DNA of 64,000 bases from Antedon mediterranea (Eukaryota > Animalia > Echinodermata), in assembly GCF_964355755.1 (NCBI RefSeq), contig NC_092675.1:19564912-19628911 (forward strand), in the 5' to 3' direction. Shown piece by piece: positions 1 through 29,303 of the stretch. The translations under genes and the position numbers were made by a program. Within the stretch, counting starts at the first letter, position 1. Every line of letters begins with the position of its first letter. The notes under the pieces were generated by a model. The model was not told the DNA's origin. It worked only from the letters and a program-made list of their open reading frames with translations, and searched no databases.

Positions 1-1328
1 GTTTATCTCTCTTCTTTTGTTGGTTCTGTTGATTTTATTCATGATTTAAATTTCAAGCAATTTGTCTATAATGGTAGGTCTACCCATGAACAGTTTGTGA
101 ATAAGGTTTTTTTTTATTCAAGATTTCTAAAAAAATTATAAAGATATTATTGTATAAGGCTCTAGACCGAATTCTTTACTAATATCACTTTCTTACACTA
201 TTTTACGTTCATTTGTGTACTTTTAAATGTACATTTTAGACATTTACATGATTTTTATTTGTATCTTTAATAGGGGCCTATGGTATTACATCTCCCTGGG
301 TTAATCAAATACCATACAATGTTGGCTGGGATGTCTCCTGCAAGTTGCCAACAATTCCTAATTTTCCATTTATAGGTTGGGAAACCCATTTCCAAATAGC
401 TGTGGGTCTACATTATTCGGATATGTATCTTAAAAGAGTGAGTAGTAGGCGGCCTTAATACAGTTTAATATAGTTTTTAGCCTTGGGGCAAATTGCTTGA
501 AAGTCGTTAGAGGAGACTCATTTGAAAATGCGGCTCAAATTTAATTTTTCAAATTATATGGACTACCATCGTGCCTATGTTCAGAGGCTAATCAACCTCA
601 GCAAGACATCGTTTCCAGAATATGCTCAACATTTGCCCAAATAATACCGGTAATCATTTATTGTTTATACAATAGAAAAAAAAGAACTTAACAATTAAGT
701 GTTATACCATTGTTTTCTGTTCTTTGATCACATTTGTTTTTCAATACAAAAAAAGCTATAAAGAATAGAAGATAACGCTTATCAAGTATAAAAGAGATAA
801 ATAAAGTCATTGTTAAAATACACATCATTAATGGAGTAAAGAAGTTATAATACCATTGAAATAATGAATAATGCATTTGCTTTTGTGTCATCATAATTGT
901 TAGTTGGAGGAATATTTTTAATTTTTAAATTCAAGCATTTCGGCTACCATCCATTACCATTCAAAGGCCAACGACTGTAAAAGTATGTAATGGATTTAAA
1001 ATATAAACTAGAAATTGCCAGTCAAAAAAATGTTTTTAACATAGGTTATTAAATAAATATAAAGTTTGATTAATATTTTTTTAACGAGCCTCTTCTTTTG
1101 CAAACACATGATAATTAACAAATTACATAGAAATAAGCAATCAACATCATACAGCTTTTCAAATTTAGAATCAAAATATGCCTTAATAGAATTAATCTGT
1201 ACGACAGAGTAGGCCTACATAGTCTTGGTCAGTTAAAAAGTACCAATCCAATATGTGCAAGAACGTTCTTAGTCCATGTCAAGTAGTATAGAAAGAAGAT
1301 CAAACAATGAGTATTCCTAATATCTTAC

Positions 1329-1396
1329 CTCAGTAATGTTTGAAGTATTCCGAACTTGTGGATGTCCATGTTTAATGACGTAATCCTTAATACCAG
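1329..1396 (-). other. Putative exon of a minus-strand gene continuing left of the window
   Basis: On the minus strand, ttcag|CTGGTATT...TTACTGAG|gtaaga. Open as ATG-MDIHKFGILQTLL or as AGIKDYVIKHGHPQVRNTSNITE. Further consensus donors upstream at ~1953 (gtaagt) and ~6460 (gtgagt) may end 5' UTR exons. No family recognised. Confidence 0.35.
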
Positions 1397-4300
1397 CTGA
1401 AAACCCCATAATCTTTCAAATATCAAGTCTATTACAAATCCAGATAAAGACACTGACCCATTCAGTTTAATTAGTTGATAAATCGATCACTTATCAATCG
1501 ATAAAAGACAAAATATGTTTCTAATACTCGAATGCATTTTAAACACATTATCAAACAACAGAGTGTGCATACAATATTGAACACAAACAACGTAAAGAAT
1601 TGAAGATAAATGCGTAGAATGTACAAACTGTATAAAATTTCCACCAAAAAAAAAGTATTCGGTATACGTATACGAAATACTGTAAGTCCTGTAAAGCGTA
1701 CTGAGCTATAATTTGTTAGTCAGTGATGCTATTTTAAATGAGCACTACACGATTTCGTAGAAGATAGTACATAAAAAGCTTGTCAAGATTGCGTATACCT
1801 CCCACTTTCGACGGCATCCACGAGTGAGTGAGAATTACACCGATACGCCTGGTTGAACGACCAATGCAGCAGGCATTAAAACATTGTTTACCTCCGGCGA
1901 CCACACAAGTTGATGGACTTGCTTAGCACATTGCGAATGATGTTCATACTTACTGACCTTCACAGTCAAGCGCGCGCTTGTGGCACGATTTAAGTTTTAT
2001 ACAATCTGCGCACAATTGGTTATAAAAGAGACGGAGTAAAGGCCTTAACGAAGACGTTGAAGGAGAAACGATGAGGGGTGAAGGGTGGGGGACCACTTTG
2101 GAGCTTTGTAGAGAAAAACTTCCTGGTTTTTTTAAACCAGTAATATAACTATATAATAATTATTATATTATGATTAATTAATAAATATTTCACGAATATT
2201 CGTTACGAATAAAAGTATGAAAGAGCGTGAGTGAACAGGAGAATCTATATTTTTTAGAACCGTAGTTAGCCAATAACATTGAACGAAGATATGGGAAGGG
2301 ACCAGAGTAAAAACGAATACTTTGTATTAGTTTAAATCCATCGATAATAACATAAAAGAGACTTGAGAATAAAAATTGATAAGGCCAAATACAAAATGTT
2401 ACATTTACGTCCGGGATTTAGCTTTTTTAGCAACACTCAAGCACTTGAGGATCTGAACTCTTTCTTTTTATTGATTACCAGCTTTTTTAGAAAATAACAA
2501 TTATAGCTATAATAGTAAAAAAACGTAATGCTGCTTGGATGGGATGAGCGAGTTAAATTATTTTTAATATACTGTAAAATTATAAGATCACTTGCATCTT
2601 GGACATCTTTATTTTCTAAATGTTGATGACATTTGGGCATTTAAGACAAATAACAATTAAATCTGTGTCTATTCCATCTTTAAAAAGACCAAACAATACA
2701 TGGATAAAACGGACTGTGCCATTCATGTCAGAGACAAAATGAACTCGTAAATTACGATTCCGTGTGTTTCTGAGGAAAAACTACAAGATATAATCGTGCA
2801 CCAGACACACAACTCAATTCAACCCAGACATGATATATTTAATTATACTTATCACTTACACAGCGTATCTATCTGTGCTATAAATCAAAAATAATTTTGA
2901 TTAAAAAATTGGAAAGTGTTTAAAAAATTGTACGCATTAGCCAATTATTTTCTTTTTCATTAACAAAAAAAAAAAAAAAACACACAAAATACGTCTAGTT
3001 ATCTGAAGCATCGAAAGCGTCGACGACGATGATTTGACTGCGAATAATTAAAAAAACTGGTTGAAAAAGTAACTTCTTCCTCCTTATTGATTTTAAGAAG
3101 TTTGTTGAGGGTCGTTTATTTCACAGTGTACCGGTAGTATGTGAGAAGTGTTTAAACGTCTTTTAAATACATTCGCTCCACTACAACAAATGTTTCAGTA
3201 CCTATATCATTATTAAGAATTTATCTGTAACTTCGATATTTTTATAATTATACAAAGTAACGTGATTGACTTATTTATTTAAGTAAAAAAGTTAGTTTCA
3301 TTACAAATTAATAATGAACATTTTGTGATTTGTGGAAAAAAGTCAACAGAGGGTGCTGTTGACTAAAGTAGGCTACTAATAGTAGGCAGTAGGCCTACCA
3401 TTTTTACTAAGTACTGTACAGTAAAAATACGGTACAGTATATTGATTATACTTTACTGTATTTTAATGTAATTCAAATACAAAACACATTGCTATTATTA
3501 CTGAATAAATGTACAGCGCTGCTTTTATAAATATTACATTAGACATTTGTACACAAAATACTACTGTACTCCAGAATATATATATATAATAGGCATACAC
3601 CGGGTTTTTTCAATTATTTATTAAACTTTACAAGGCACACATAGGCCTAGTGGAAAAAGGTGAAGACCTTCCACCACAATAGATGACTATAAGCCGGCGT
3701 TCGCGAATTACCGCAATATTACCGTCTTACAGCTCTGTGTGAAAGGGGCTTAATGTTATATCTTTTTATGGGGTTTTTGATGAAATACTGTACTTAATAA
3801 TGCTTACATTGTGGATTTTCTAAGTTAGATTTTATCTATAAACTAGTTGTTTATTTTATGGTTATTCATTTTTTTTTTTTTTTTAGAAAGTTTCAAACAT
3901 GAACGAGGCATTTAACTATGCTAATGAACTTCAGCTATCTATAATGATTTGTTTTTCATGATTTCCTCATTCTTATAAATCTCTTCTTATGATATATGGG
4001 ACGCAATAACATGTATACTGTACTTCCCAATCTTCCAACAAAAATGGGCGTGAAGTTGCTTATTGCTACCTCGCTACATAATATAGGGGTATGACTCATG
4101 TGGCGCCAGGTCGGACATTCAAGGCCCTATTCTGGACAATAATTTCATATTATTACCTCATTTCTAAAAAATGCACTTATTCATATTGTGCGTGTTTTTA
4201 CACCATTTCCTGTTAACCAATACACAAGAAAGCAAGGTTAATGAAAGTGAAAATAGTCAATGAATATTTTGTAAAAACTTTAGATTAAACTTTAAAAACG

Positions 4301-6629
4301 TAATTAACATCAATGCAATTTGGTAAAGGTTTGTTCTTAAATAGTTTTCTTTTTTTTGTTCGTTTGTAAAATTGCAAAGGTTTGTAAACGATTCCAGTTT
4401 CATTTCTTATTTGTTCTTATGTTTTATCTACAATTATTTAAATCATCAACGTCTGATTCTATGGTGTAAGATTATTCTTGGAAAGAATTACAAATATACA
4501 CAAAACAAGAAACATGCATAACATTATCTGCTGTTGCTAGTCGACTCAGCCTGTGGCACAGCGTTACTTTCACCCTTGCACAACAAGCGTGTCCTTGTTT
4601 TAAATTGATGTATGGGAAAGTTTAGATCAAAGATAAATAGAATAACAAGAAGGGGACCAGGAGTCCATTACACTGTCAGTCACAAGAAAAAGGCAAATAT
4701 CGTAAAAGAAATAGTATTGGATTTCCTAGGTCGGTGAATGGATGGGCCATCAGTGACAGCAGCTGCCATGCTCTGTCACAGAGATGTCCGCTGATCTACG
4801 TCAGTCAATGTCATGTTAACTTCTGTAATCAACAGGGTACATCACGTATCGACTAGACATAAAATTTGAAAATCATGATATTTGTTTTTTAAACGGTGTT
4901 AATAGATGGAGACTATATTAGAACAATTTCCACAAAAAATATTAATAAACCAAATACAAGTTTACTGTTAGCTAGGCCTAAAGAAAAAAAACCCGTTATA
5001 TTAAATTATGTGCACACATGCTCAAATGTAAGCTCATTCGGATATTTATCGTTATCGTTTGGTAGCGCAAAGTTGGTGTGCGCACGTAGGCCTACAAAAG
5101 TCGTAACACTTCGTCTATAATGGAATAATTTATAGGTGCATGATTTCATAGGATTCTATATAAAGGTTATTTAAATAGTGTTTTGATAAAGGGTGAACTG
5201 TTAGGTCCCCATAATAAAATAGTTGGTTATATTATAGACCTATATAAGCTGAAGCTTCTTAATGTCAAAGGTCAAACTCAGTGCTGAGAACGAATAGGCC
5301 TAGATTTTATTACAACGACGTGGGTGGCGAATTACTTGATGTGATTCTAATTGTTGTAACTTTTACGTCAACACGAGTGAAATAGCTTGACTAGCATCAA
5401 TCGAACCGATCTCCTCATCAATTTGACAGGCCCACGTTCATGGTCATAACATCCAGTGTTAACACCAATTCACCTATGACCCCTTACAATCAACCGTACA
5501 ATCATATTACACTTAATAATTATAAAAACGGTTGGTTTTTAGTGATATGTCGACATTCTTAAACCAATCAATCAGTAAATATAATTTACACTTTAAAAAG
5601 TGTTTTGACTTTTTAAAGAATGGTAAAGTAGAAATTAGTGGTGAGGGAGTTTGAGGCCCGTTTGTGGTTAGGCCAAGCGTGTGCAAGTAAACTCGGGTAT
5701 AAATAAGGTAAAGAACACCTCGAAACGCACTCTTATATCATGCGTGGCAAACGGCTCCAAGCCAAGTCACCCACTCGCTTAAAAACCCATTTGGTAAAGA
5801 GAACGAGACCACCCAATCTTTCACCAAAAAAAAATCAATGTGGTGTTATATGAATTACATTTTATAGCATTTTTTTAGTTAACATGGAATTTGTTTTTCT
5901 GTAGGTCATCTTTATGATACTTTAACTTCTTGAACAAATAGGCCTACCTACAATTTCAAACCATGTAATGTGTGTGACTGGAAAATAATAAATGAAATGA
6001 ATGAAATCATTATAAGAAAAACATTCAGCCGTGTAATGCCTACAATATTTTAATACATCAAATTGCCATGCCATGGTTTTTATTTTGAATATAAACACTC
6101 AGGCACAAATAATATTGATAACAATAAAACAGGCCTATTTTGAAAAATATAATGGCCGACTTTTTCTATTTACAGATTTCCTCATCTTAATCGTTTCAAA
6201 TTAATCAATTACATTTCAGTATATCAACGGGCGGTTTAGAATTCATGTTCTGCCTGCTGAGTTTATATAATATAAAAAACTAAATAAACATGTATTAAAT
6301 TGGTACATTTTCTGACGTTATAACGCTTTTTTCATAACGAGTTTGCATGAGGGCGCAATGGATCAAAAGCAAGCCGCTTTGCCATTGATTGATGCGCTTG
6401 CGCATAAACAAATCCAATGCAGTAGTTAAGATGACAAATGTCTACACAATTCATACTCACTCGACATGTTGATTTATCCTCTAATTCACATTAACAACAG
6501 TTACAAGTGTTACCAACAGCAATGTATAAATGTCACTTTAAGAATGAAATATAGTCTGAATACCTGTACTGTATACATGGCGGCACCATCAATTGCAGGG
6601 TATACATTAACTGAATATCATTCGATCGA

Positions 6630-7110
6630 TATTTTCAAGAATGTTCACAAACGTTCAGGAAAACTGTGTTCTGGATCTTTCAAAACAACGATCTGAAAGT
6701 TTTAAAGAACGTTCTGAAACTTTCAGAACATCAACGATCTGAAGAACTTTCGGAAATGAAAAATGTTCACAAACGTTTAGAACAACGTTTTGAACAAGCT
6801 CTTCAGAAAACAATCACACGTTTTCGAAATGTTCACAAACGTTCATAATTAATTAATTAATTAATTCAGAAGAATGTTCTAAACGTTAAGAAGAACGTTT
6901 TAGAACATTCAGAGTAATGTTATAAAATATTTGAAGAACGTTCGAAACTTTTAGAAAATAGTCTAACTGAAAGTCCTGAAATGTTATGTTAAATGGTGAC
7001 AAGACATTCTAACGTTTACAAGAATTCTTAAACAAAACACACAGAAAAAATATATATATAAGAACGTCACAAAAGCTTAGAACCACAATTTAGCAAAATT
7101 TAGAACAAAC
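6630..7110. repeat. AACGTT/AATGTTCACAAACGTT-rich repetitive block, probably the interior of a non-autonomous DNA transposon
   Basis: aatgttcacaaacgtt occurs 3x (~6640, ~6762, ~6828), with many gaacgtt/aacgtt palindromic words in both orientations. The overlapping ORFs are by-products. Confidence 0.6.
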
Positions 7111-7648
7111 TATTACTATTAAATACAAGTAGGCTTATATACAGTACCGGTATTGTATTTTGTGTCTATTGTTTTTTAATCTAATTGTTTTTCTTTTTAA
7201 AATTAAATGTGTCCGATGCAGTGTAGGCCTACTTTCCCGCCCTTTTGCAAGCTAATATAATCAAACGGACAAATCTCGTTTTTCCTGAAACACGAAGTAG
7301 ATTGTTTAAAATAATAGAATACACACACGTTACCACACATGAATTGGCGCGTTTCCCATCCCTTTTTACGACGGAACTATGGTCCCCACCTCTGTGGAAA
7401 CCTGTTTTCATAAGAGCCCAGCGTCGCTTTGTCGAGACTGGGGAAATAGATTATAATAAATCAATGCTTGTTGATGAGGAAGGAAAAGGCAGTTGGAATG
7501 TAGGATCTTCGTCTAATATATCATTCAATCTGTCATTTTTTACACGAGTAGCCTACAAGGATGGACGCGTGATATAATTTATTGCAAGATATAGTTTGAT
7601 TCATGGTGAATCAATAGAAACACATATCAACGAAAGAAGAAAAGAAAA

Positions 7649-7790
7649 ACTATCATTGTTTGAAAAAAGTGTGATGTGCCCAAATATGGTAGTGGTATGC
7701 TCAAATATGGTAGTGACATGACATCATCATGTCCATATATGGGCACATTGCATTTTTTTCACATTAAGGTTGATAGAGTAGACAGAGCTT
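7649..7790 (-). mobile_element. MITE family 1 copy (CTCTGTCTACACTATCAAAC TIR), partial, reverse orientation
   Basis: Reverse complement of the ~150-bp element seen at 17335, 21153, 24334, 60939 and 62770. Internal atatcactaccatatttggg repeats; ends gatagagtagacagagcttta. Confidence 0.8.
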
Positions 7791-9194
7791 TAGAATGATT
7801 TGAAAAAAAGTTACATCAATACTTTCAATGTTTATTCCTTAATCTTTATATTATTTGGAATTTGTAATAAAAGTGGGATAAATGTTGATAAAAGATAATG
7901 AATGAATGAAAGAAAAGAAGACAAAAAAATATAATTATGTTTATGTAATTTTGTAGTGTTTGTATATGTATTGTTTGTATCTCGTTTGAATGTATACGAA
8001 GGGAACACCTCCTGTAAAAATTAATTGAAATAAATAACACATTTAACAACTACGTAGAATGAGTCATTTGATTTATTTCTAAGTAACTGTATATATTTTT
8101 TCATTATCGTTTATTATTGACAAATTGACAAGTGACAGTTGTTCAAAATATATACAAGAAAGACTTAATTTTGTTAAGTTACTTAGTTTTAAATAACTTA
8201 TAGTAAAAGAGCGCTAAAAGTAAAGTAGATATTGCAATTTAGCCAGAGACACAATTGTCGTTAGTTCTAGTCTAAAAAGGTACGTAATAAAAAAAAATTC
8301 GTGCATTTGGGGAAGCTTTTTTCATAGGTGACGTTTTTTTCCAATTCCATGCAATGTTTGCAATGTTATTTTTATAATAAAGAGACAGAAATAAAACTAC
8401 ATTTTTGGTGAACTTTGAACTTGCCACAAATACTGTTGTATTTCTATTCAAAATTTCTAGTAAGTAAAGAAAATAAAATATAAAAAAATAGATTTGACGA
8501 AGAAAACAATTTAATTCCAAATTGTTTAAACTGAACTTTTAACTGGCGATATGAAAACGAACAGCTCTGAATTATTTCAGCTGTATAATAAGAACATGAG
8601 AATTGCGTTTGATGACCAGACTGCAACCTCTCGCGCCGTGGGTTCACAAGGCCATCCAAACGTACAGCTCGACCACACAATATACGGATTTTGAACGCTA
8701 GAAAATCAATTCCGATGATTGACGTGACGGCCTTAATGAAGATGATCGTCGTAGAGTATTATTTCATTTATTTATTCTGCAAAGTACAGACTGACACCTC
8801 TAAACTAGTTTAAACATTTTCGGCCACACACAAGAAAAATGAAAAATGCATTCTAATAAATTAGAAGGTTTTAACCAGGGAGCTTATTTTACAACTCCCT
8901 GTTTTAACTAACTAGCCTACAGTAATTTAAATTCTAAATTCGCATAGCACACTTACAATACATTAGTTCGTTACGGATAAGCTCAATTAGATAAAATCGG
9001 TAACTGTTTAAACGTTGGTGTAGCCTACTAGGAATGAGAGACTCTTCAAATCAAACACATCTATGTTTGTTTCTACAATATATATATACAGTAATAGTAA
9101 TAGTAATGGCTCCCTTTGTTATATTTCTTTTATTCCTGTCCACCCAGGCAGCACTTGCCAGCTTTATACTATGACGTTATCCAAATTCCTTCAC

Positions 9195-9236
9195 TTGCAC
9201 TGATGAAGGGCTAGTGTTGCCCGAAAGCTCTGCTAA
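9195..9236 (+). ncRNA. Minimal type I hammerhead ribozyme (Penelope-like element associated)
   Basis: ttGCA-CTGATGA-A-GGGC-tagtgtt-GCCC-GAAA-GCTC-TGC: CUGANGA and GAAA cores, 4-bp stem II, palindromic short stem III with UC cleavage site, stem I GCA/UGC. Confidence 0.8.
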
Positions 9237-9365
9237 CTTTTCTGGCTGTTTACTTTATCGTTTTGATTTAGCTTTTCGCTTTTTATTTTTGTATCTCCAT
9301 TGAGATCCAGCCACTGATACCCACAGCATTGTCATTTTTTTCAGTAATTTGCATTTGGATTTATA
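9195..9365 (+). mobile_element. Penelope-like retroelement terminal (pLTR) fragment
   Basis: The hammerhead is followed by ccattgagatccagccactgata...cagcattgtcattttttcagta...ttggatttata. A second copy lies on the minus strand at ~58437-58565. Confidence 0.7.
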
Positions 9366-10169
9366 TAGTAATAGTAATATATAACTGCAATGTGTTTTTG
9401 CAAACAAGAAAGCGTGAAGAGGATGAAAAATCCAACATTTAGTTCTATAGTTTAACATCCTTAATAGAATATACACAGTAAAAACTAGTAGCATTCGTTA
9501 AAATTCTATTTATATCAGTAATAGTTAATAGGTATATGAAAAGAATTAGCAAAATTGGTTCCCATGATACATAAATAACAGAACAAAATGTAAACTTCTC
9601 ATAGGGCTATTTTAATTTGATGTGGTGCAGCAATTAATGTACACATTCGACATGACTGCAGTTAATACTCTAATAGGCTAAACCATTAATTCTCTCATTA
9701 AAATGACTATGAACATAACAGAACATTTAGATGCAAGTTCAAGACCTATGATAGAACACGTTCACAACGAAGTTTGCTTTCTTAACAAGTTGAGCCCACC
9801 ATGGGTCTAGCAGTACTAACAAACTATGTTCTACAAACCGGTGCAATATTCTAGAAAGAAAAACACAGTTCGTTGTCGGAGAAAGGTGATTGTGTGTGGG
9901 CTAGTGAGTGAATCGGACCAGACTGAGTGTTGGCTTAAAAGAAGCCCTACCTCGTGCAAGGTTATAGGTATTTTGATATAAAACAATCATCCAATATAGT
10001 AAAAACCATAGAATTATAGTGTGAAACATTCGCGTAACTAACTTCATATTTTCAAGAACATTTTAAAATGAACTAAATTACCTATAAGCATGTTAAATAT
10101 ACACTATAGTTAGTAAGTGGTTACTTATTTATATTTGTAATGAACACACGAGTTAACTTCATCTGATTA

Positions 10170-11405
10170 AAGCTTGGTTCCCACTAGCGACGTAACGTTA
10201 CGCAATCTACGCAACGTAAGCAAATCCCCTTCTAATAATTGTGTTTTCCCCCGCCTGCGTGAAATCAAACCTGCAATGTTTGCAGCACTGACGACATAGA
10301 AAAGAAGAAACCATGAGATTAAAACTACAATTGCAATCTTCTAACCTTAATCATATTTGGCACTTATTCATAAACTCTAATACTGATGTTAAAATACACC
10401 TAACACTTGGAAGTGACTATCATGTGTTCAGTAAAGAAACCCATCTAATACTTGATACATTTTGCAAAATATATGCCAAAAGAGCATGGAAAAAGCGCTC
10501 CGCAATTATCAATTAATAGATCTAGAGATTGTACCAGATTTCCGTTCTGTATTGCAGAGTAAGACTTGCATAGTGTAAATTTCTGTTGTTGTTTTTTTTT
10601 TTACTGTATCAGTTGATTTTAAAATGCCTTGTCATTCATTTATTTCTTATGTTTAACTTTATAATGTAATTTGTTAATTTTGCAAATGTAATTTCTGTTC
10701 ATTTTAGGCCTTTTATTTATATCTGTATTTTGTATCATCATTGTAAACAACACTTAACTGCTGCATGGAGACTTTAAATTTATATTTACAAAACTTTAAA
10801 AACACAATTAAATCAGGATTATAATTTGAGGTATGATGGTTAATAAAACACTAAAAATAAGATTAAATATTAAAATTAGGAAAATCGAAATAATAATAAA
10901 AATAATACTACTTTAACTAAATAACAAATAAAGATCATAACTCATAACATAATTAAATGATATACAGTATTAACAAGAACATAAATAATAAAATAATAAT
11001 AAACAATATAATATTTAAATTAAATGACATTTTTAATAATAGGTCTAATAATATTTTCTTTAAAAATAACATATTAAAAACATTGATAATAATACTAATA
11101 ATAAATAATAACACTCCATCAAAGTTAAGTATTGTACTTTTTGCTCTTTAGTTTCTTTTTGTACAATCCGTTTTCTTTCATTTAAATGTTTTTTCTTTTA
11201 TTTTCTCTTTATACTTTTATTTAGCCTTCAGGCTAACATAATGTATGTAATATATGTAAGAACGCACCGTCCAGAAGAACGATTTAAAGGCGTATGTTCA
11301 ATAAAGTTATTATTATTATTATTATTGCGTCGTCGGTTCCCACTTGTGATTACGCAATACAGCACTTTGCGTCAATACGTCGCGTTCTAGTGGGAACCAT
11401 GCTTT
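10170..11405 (+). mobile_element. MITE family 4 (GCTTGGTTCCCACTAG TIR) split by a ~1-kb insertion
   Basis: Left arm 10170-10290 and right arm 11325-11405 match the uninterrupted copy at 63635-63957. TIRs aagcttggttcccactag / ctagtgggaaccatgcttt. Confidence 0.8.
10291..11326 (+). mobile_element. 5'-truncated non-LTR retrotransposon (LINE) 3' end
   Basis: Starts abruptly in an open frame (RHRKEETMRL...LTLGSD...FCKIYAKRAWKKRSAIIN*, stop at 10516). Long AT-rich 3' UTR, then AATAAA and an (ATT)n tail at the right junction. No obvious TSD. Confidence 0.55.
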
Positions 11406-14314
11406 AGAATTCATAATAGAAGGACGTTTGTATTTTGTTGGCGCTTTCCGACAAGCCTTGATGTAAAAAGTGTACAGTATTGCATTCAATATAATCAGAG
11501 AACAGAGATATTTTACTCGCCTTTCTATGATATAAAGAATAGTGTAACATATAGCCTATAACTTAAAACAATTATTTTAAAAAAAACACCACACTCAAAT
11601 TGAAGAGCAGCAACAGCAACATCAATGAGTTTTAATTTCTTTCACCATGTGACCAATACAATAATATATACAAGCAAGTCACTTTGGGCATCAATTATAA
11701 CCAGAGAGAATATTATACACTGCTATATTTCTTATATAACAAACAATATCACATTTGGTATACGTGTATTGTGTATTCTTCCACGGTTGTATCATGGAGG
11801 TTAGTCTTGGCGTATTTAAATATTTAAGAGGCAACTACCACGTAATACCTAATATAGCAGATATAATATGAAGTTTTGAATATTCTTAAGTAAATGGTAT
11901 ATGGTAAATTTTCATAGACGTATAGCCCAACACCTAAAGTACACATATTCCCTATAAGATGTTAGTCAGTGAAGTACAATATATTAAATGCCAAGTCAGA
12001 CTTTAAAACATCTAATTTAATAGTTAGGACACATTTATCAGTGACACTGAAGTACAATATTAAATGTCAAATATCAGACTCTCAAGGATCTAGCAATAGC
12101 TTTCAAAAGATCTAATAGCACATCGATGAAAAAAGTTCCTATTTTTGTTAAATATCATCAAATATACTTAGTATATAGACTTTACAGTAATGTTAAGTCA
12201 GGTTCAGTTGTCAAAGATCCTCCACCTAGCACATGCAAGTTGTATTTGGAAGGTATATGCTTACAGTTTAAAAAGTCTGACTGTTGTTGAAAAACACAAT
12301 GCCTATAACCACTTCTAGCAGAAAAGAAAATCTTTATCTAATATCCTTTACTTGGCTGGTCAATTTCAATATATTATGTATATATTTCTTTGAATGTTTC
12401 ATTTGTGTGTTCACATATAGATATTTGATTGCATAATATCATTCTGTATATACATGTTCATGTTAGCATGATACTTTACAAAATATACTGTTTGACAGTT
12501 AATTAATGTGAAAAGCAATGATGGGTAAAAAGTATGCAAAGAAAATAGGCCTGATAATACTAAATTCTAAACCTAGTATTCTCAGACATTTTAATTACAG
12601 TAATACTGTAGGCCTACTACACAGAAGTACAGTATGTGTATATTATAATATGCTCATTGCGTGTAACATAGAAATACCTTGTCTTTTCGTTCTGATCACT
12701 TTAGTTTTTCTTTACTTTAAATTAAAAAGAAACATACACAAAAACAATCTATAGTTTCTAATCTGTCTTAAAACTGAAAACGTATACAGGTTGAATGCCC
12801 AAACTAAATATTGTTATTCACACTAAATGGTGAAGCTGGCACTAAGGCTTTATTGGCTCCAAATCTCTTGGAATGCATTTTACTTAATGAATAAATATAG
12901 AAACATGGACGCCACACTTCAAATACATAGTAGCGATATTTCGTTTTCATGACGCGCCATTATACTACGCAGCTATAACAAAAAAGTCAGAAACATTTGA
13001 GCATAGCAGAATCAATAGCTGAGTGGTCTAGTGGCGCATACTGAAAACGGAAATTTGCCAATACATAAGACTTGAGTTACAAAAAAAAAAGGTGCAATCT
13101 TTTTATAATAATAATAATAATTATATACATACAAATACAAACAGTATAACATTAACACGTCAAGCAGCAAGGAAATAGTTTTTTAAAAAATTTGCGTCCA
13201 CACTGTAACATGGTTTTATAAACCTTACTTAAATAATAGATATTTGTAGCTCATAGCAAAAACCTCTCAGTAACAAGTCTTGAAGCTTTATAAAAACCAA
13301 ACTTTTTAGAAAATCAGACTTTTTAGTCTATAGTCCAAGGTTTTTTTTAAACTGTATACATACAAGGTAACCTATTCCAAATAATGACAACTGAAAATGT
13401 GTGTATTTTAACTGCAAGGAAAGTGCTAGTAACGAAAGTGAGAAGCGAATATAAACAGCTTTAAAATAAAAAAAGATAAAGAATCTTTGGTAAATCTAAC
13501 AGATTTTTATAAGCACTAACACTTTTTTTTTTACTTTATATATACAACATGCCTTAAATATTTGTAAAGCTGTGGAATTCATTTTGTTTCCCAACAGTTA
13601 CAGTGTCACAACAACCAGAAAAATACTATTCACCACCACACATGATACGGATTGTGTTCACATTTTCTAAGGTCCAATTTGCAAAAGCTATCACAATCTA
13701 CTTTGTAGGAACGGTCATCAAATCAAATATAATTAATTAATACTAATTCAACCAATATAAAGATGAATTAATATAATGAAAAGTGATTCGTCTATTGAAT
13801 AGTAAAATAAATTAAATTTGCTAGAATTTTGTATCACTCTTCAGATAAAAAAAACAAGGTAATTTGTTTATGATAAATAGTGGTAAAGAACATTTGGGGG
13901 GGGGGGGGTACCACATTATAACAAGCACAATAAACAACATATTTCTTGGGTTTTCGTAATTGTGTCATGGTGGTTGAGTAACAATCACCATTCATTTATA
14001 CGACACACCAAGCACGTACACAACATTGTCTTTGGTCTGCCAAATGCAATATAGTAATTATATCTATTCTATGCATGTTCGGACATTTGGAATTGAAGTA
14101 TTCAACTACCACACTATATATACACACTGATGTACTAATTCATATCTATGGTATGCCAAGAATGTCAAAATATGAATAAACACACAAATATATCCCATCT
14201 CCCGAGTACACGACACCTCACATATATTCATAAACAAATTGTAAAATGTTTGCAAGGTAAGCGGATTTGAATATGGTCTCTAATAGTGGTCTCTGATAAT
14301 GGTAGCTCATATAT

Positions 14315-29303
<14,989 letters not shown>

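Noticed and set aside
6466-6848. ORFs with repeated KNVHKRS
   Set aside because: Translation of the AACGTT-rich repeat, not a protein.
7245-7577. 110-aa ORF on +
   Set aside because: Non-ATG start, no recognisable domain and no convincing splice sites.
10780-11150. Extremely AT-rich stretch with a hydrophobic minus-strand reading; possible NUMT
   Set aside because: No recognisable mitochondrial protein motif, stop codons in frame, and it lies inside the LINE-like insert, so it is best read as AT-rich 3' UTR.
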